From Heterodontus francisci (taxonomy: Eukaryota), in assembly GCF_036365525.1 (NCBI RefSeq), contig NC_090392.1, positions 74,602,345 to 74,666,344 on the forward strand: a DNA stretch of 64,000 nt, written 5' to 3'. Made by a program: the position numbers and the translations under genes. Below the pieces are notes generated by a model that saw only the letters and a program-made list of their open reading frames with translations, made no database searches and was not told where the DNA came from. Within the stretch, counting starts at the first letter, position 1. Each line of letters opens with the position of its first letter. Below, piece after piece: positions 62,181 through 64,000 of the stretch.

Positions 62181-63270
62181 AAAATAAAAACAAGAAATGC
62201 TGGAAATACTCAGCAGGTCTGGCAGCATCTGTGGAGAGAGAAGCAGAGTTAACGTTTTGGGTCAATGACCCTTCATCAAAATTGGCAGACCCAGAAATAT
62301 AATAGCTTTTAAACAAGTAATGTGGGGTGGGGCAAGAGACAACAAAAGAGAAGGTGTTGATAGGACAAGGTCACAGAGAATAACTGACCAGAAGGTCATG
62401 GAGAAAAGGTAAATGGTATGTTAATGGTGTGGTGAAAGACAAAGCGTTAGTACAGAGAGGGTGTTAATTGACAGAAAACTGAACAGCCCGGCCCGAAGCA
62501 CAAATATGAAAAAACAGTTGGTAGGCACATTAGAAACAAACTAAACAAACTAAAACAAAATAAACACATAAAAAAGAAAAAAGAACTAAAAATAAAAATA
62601 AAACGTGGGGTCCGTCATGCTCTGAAATTATTGAACTCAATGTTCAGTCCAGCAGGCTGTAGCGTGCCTAATCGGTAAATGAGATGCTATTCCTCAAGTT
62701 TGCGTTGATGTTCACTGGAACACTGTAGTGATCCCAGGAGAGAGATGTGGGCATGAGAGCTGGGGGGAGTGTTGAAATGGCCAGCAACTGGATGCTTAGG
62801 GTCATGCTTTCGGACTGAGCGGAGCACTTCCGCAAATCAGTCACCCAGTCTGCGTTTGGTCCCCCATTGTAGAGGAGACCACATTGTGAGCAGCGAATAC
62901 AGTGTACTAAATTGAAAGAAGTACAATTAAATCACTGCTTCACCTGAAATGAGTGCTTGGGGGCTCGGATAGTGAGGAGATAGGAGGTAAATGGGCAGGT
63001 ATTATACCTCCTGTGATTGCAGGGGAAGGTGACATGGGAAGGGGACGAGGTGGTGGGGGTAATGGAAGAGGGACCAGGGTGTCGCAGAGAGAACAATCCC
63101 TTCGGAATGCTGACAGGGGAGGGCAGGGGAAAATGTGTTTGGTAGTGGTATCACGCTGGAGGTGGCGGAAATGGCGGAGGATGATACTTTGGATATGGAG
63201 GCTGGTTGGGTGGAAAGTGAGGACAAGGGGAATCCTGTCGCAGTTCTGGGAAGGAGGGGAAAGTGTGAAG
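62181..63270 (-). mobile_element. Degenerate 5'-truncated Penelope-like element
   Basis: Reverse complement of about 8470-9597; hammerhead remnant with mutated core at 62247-62286. Confidence 0.9.
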
Positions 63271-63569
63271 GTAGTACCGGAGACTCTGCTCCTGGCATGG
63301 AGACTTTCAAGCCAGGGGCACGAATCAGAGTATTGTTCACTGAGACCATGCTCTTTCCTGCTCTATGTAGATGCATTTTTAAGTGTAAGTGCCAGGCAGT
63401 GCATGGACACAATGAGCCATAAGAGGAGTTCACCAGTGAGGACTAACAGCATGAGAGAAATTTGATCTGATATTGCTGAAGGACTCAGTATAGAATTCAT
63501 ATGTCTTCTTCTGCATTTATTTTTCCTTGCTTTTGTCAAAGGTCAAGTTGACAAGTTCACCTGATTACC

Positions 63570-64000
63570 ATGGCATACGCATACAGAGGTATTTGGGCTG
63601 AAGAGGATGCACCTGGTTTTATTCCAGCATGTCTTCAAAGCTGTGCAACACCAGAGGACTGCAGGATCTATGTGATGTACCATGGAACCAGTGCCCAAAA
63701 TGCAAGATCCATTTGTAATCCAAGAATTGGTTTCAAACAATCTGAGTGTGGTATGCTGGGCCCTGGAGTCTATGTCAGTAGGGACATTCAGAAAGCCAGC
63801 AGATATCCAGTGGAATTGCCTGAAAGCGAGAGGGTTGTGCTTAAATTAAGAGTTAATGTGGGAAAGGTCATAAGGATAGATTACCAAGGGCACCCACTCC
63901 AGAAGACATGGCATTCTCGTGGGTTTGACACTGCCTGGTGTCCTCCAAACTGTGGGATGGTACGAAGTGGTCTGGAGGAGGATTGTGTCTGGGATCCCAA
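63570..64000 (+). CDS. gig2: Gig2-like PARP-like ADP-ribosyltransferase, copy 3 (runs off the window)
   Basis: Manual translation MAYAYRGIWAEEDAPGFIPACLQSCATPEDCRIYVMYHGTSAQNARSICNPRIGFKQSECGMLGPGVYVSRDIQKASRYPVELPESERVVLKLRVNVGKVIRIDYQGHPLQKTWHSRGFDTAWCPPNCGMVRSGLEEDCVWDP; Kozak accATGg; acceptor ttccttgcttttgtcaaag ends at 63541. Confidence 0.9.
   Translation, partial: MAYAYRGIWAEEDAPGFIPACLQSCATPEDCRIYVMYHGTSAQNARSICNPRIGFKQSECGMLGPGVYVSRDIQKASRYPVELPESERVVLKLRVNVGKVIRIDYQGHPLQKTWHSRGFDTAWCPPNCGMVRSGLEEDCVWDP

Noticed and set aside
62247-62286. Functional hammerhead on the minus strand
   Set aside because: Both conserved core boxes are mutated (TTGATGA, AAAAC).

Overview
Repeat-rich vertebrate genomic DNA, almost certainly from a shark or other elasmobranch, judged by HE1-like V-SINEs, Deu-domain SINEs, HER1/CR1 LINEs and Penelope-like elements. 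The only convincing host genes form a tandem + strand cluster of three Gig2-family (grass carp reovirus-induced gene 2-like) PARP-like ADP-ribosyltransferase genes: 27187-27831, 40751-41404, and 63570 to beyond 64000. The third is missing from the ORF track. Each has a single coding exon preceded by a splice acceptor, and upstream there is a candidate short non-coding exon next to ISRE/IRF motifs. The two complete copies share an 8-ligand Cys/His C-terminal finger with identical spacing. The rest is nested transposon debris: Penelope-like elements with minimal hammerhead ribozyme motifs, a solo LTR with a 4-bp TSD, a near-intact CR1 inside a Harbinger remnant, a second LINE family that shares both its tRNA-like head and its tail with a SINE, and hAT and Harbinger MITEs. 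Family names come from recalled motifs, not database searches. Repeat boundaries are approximate unless a TSD is quoted.
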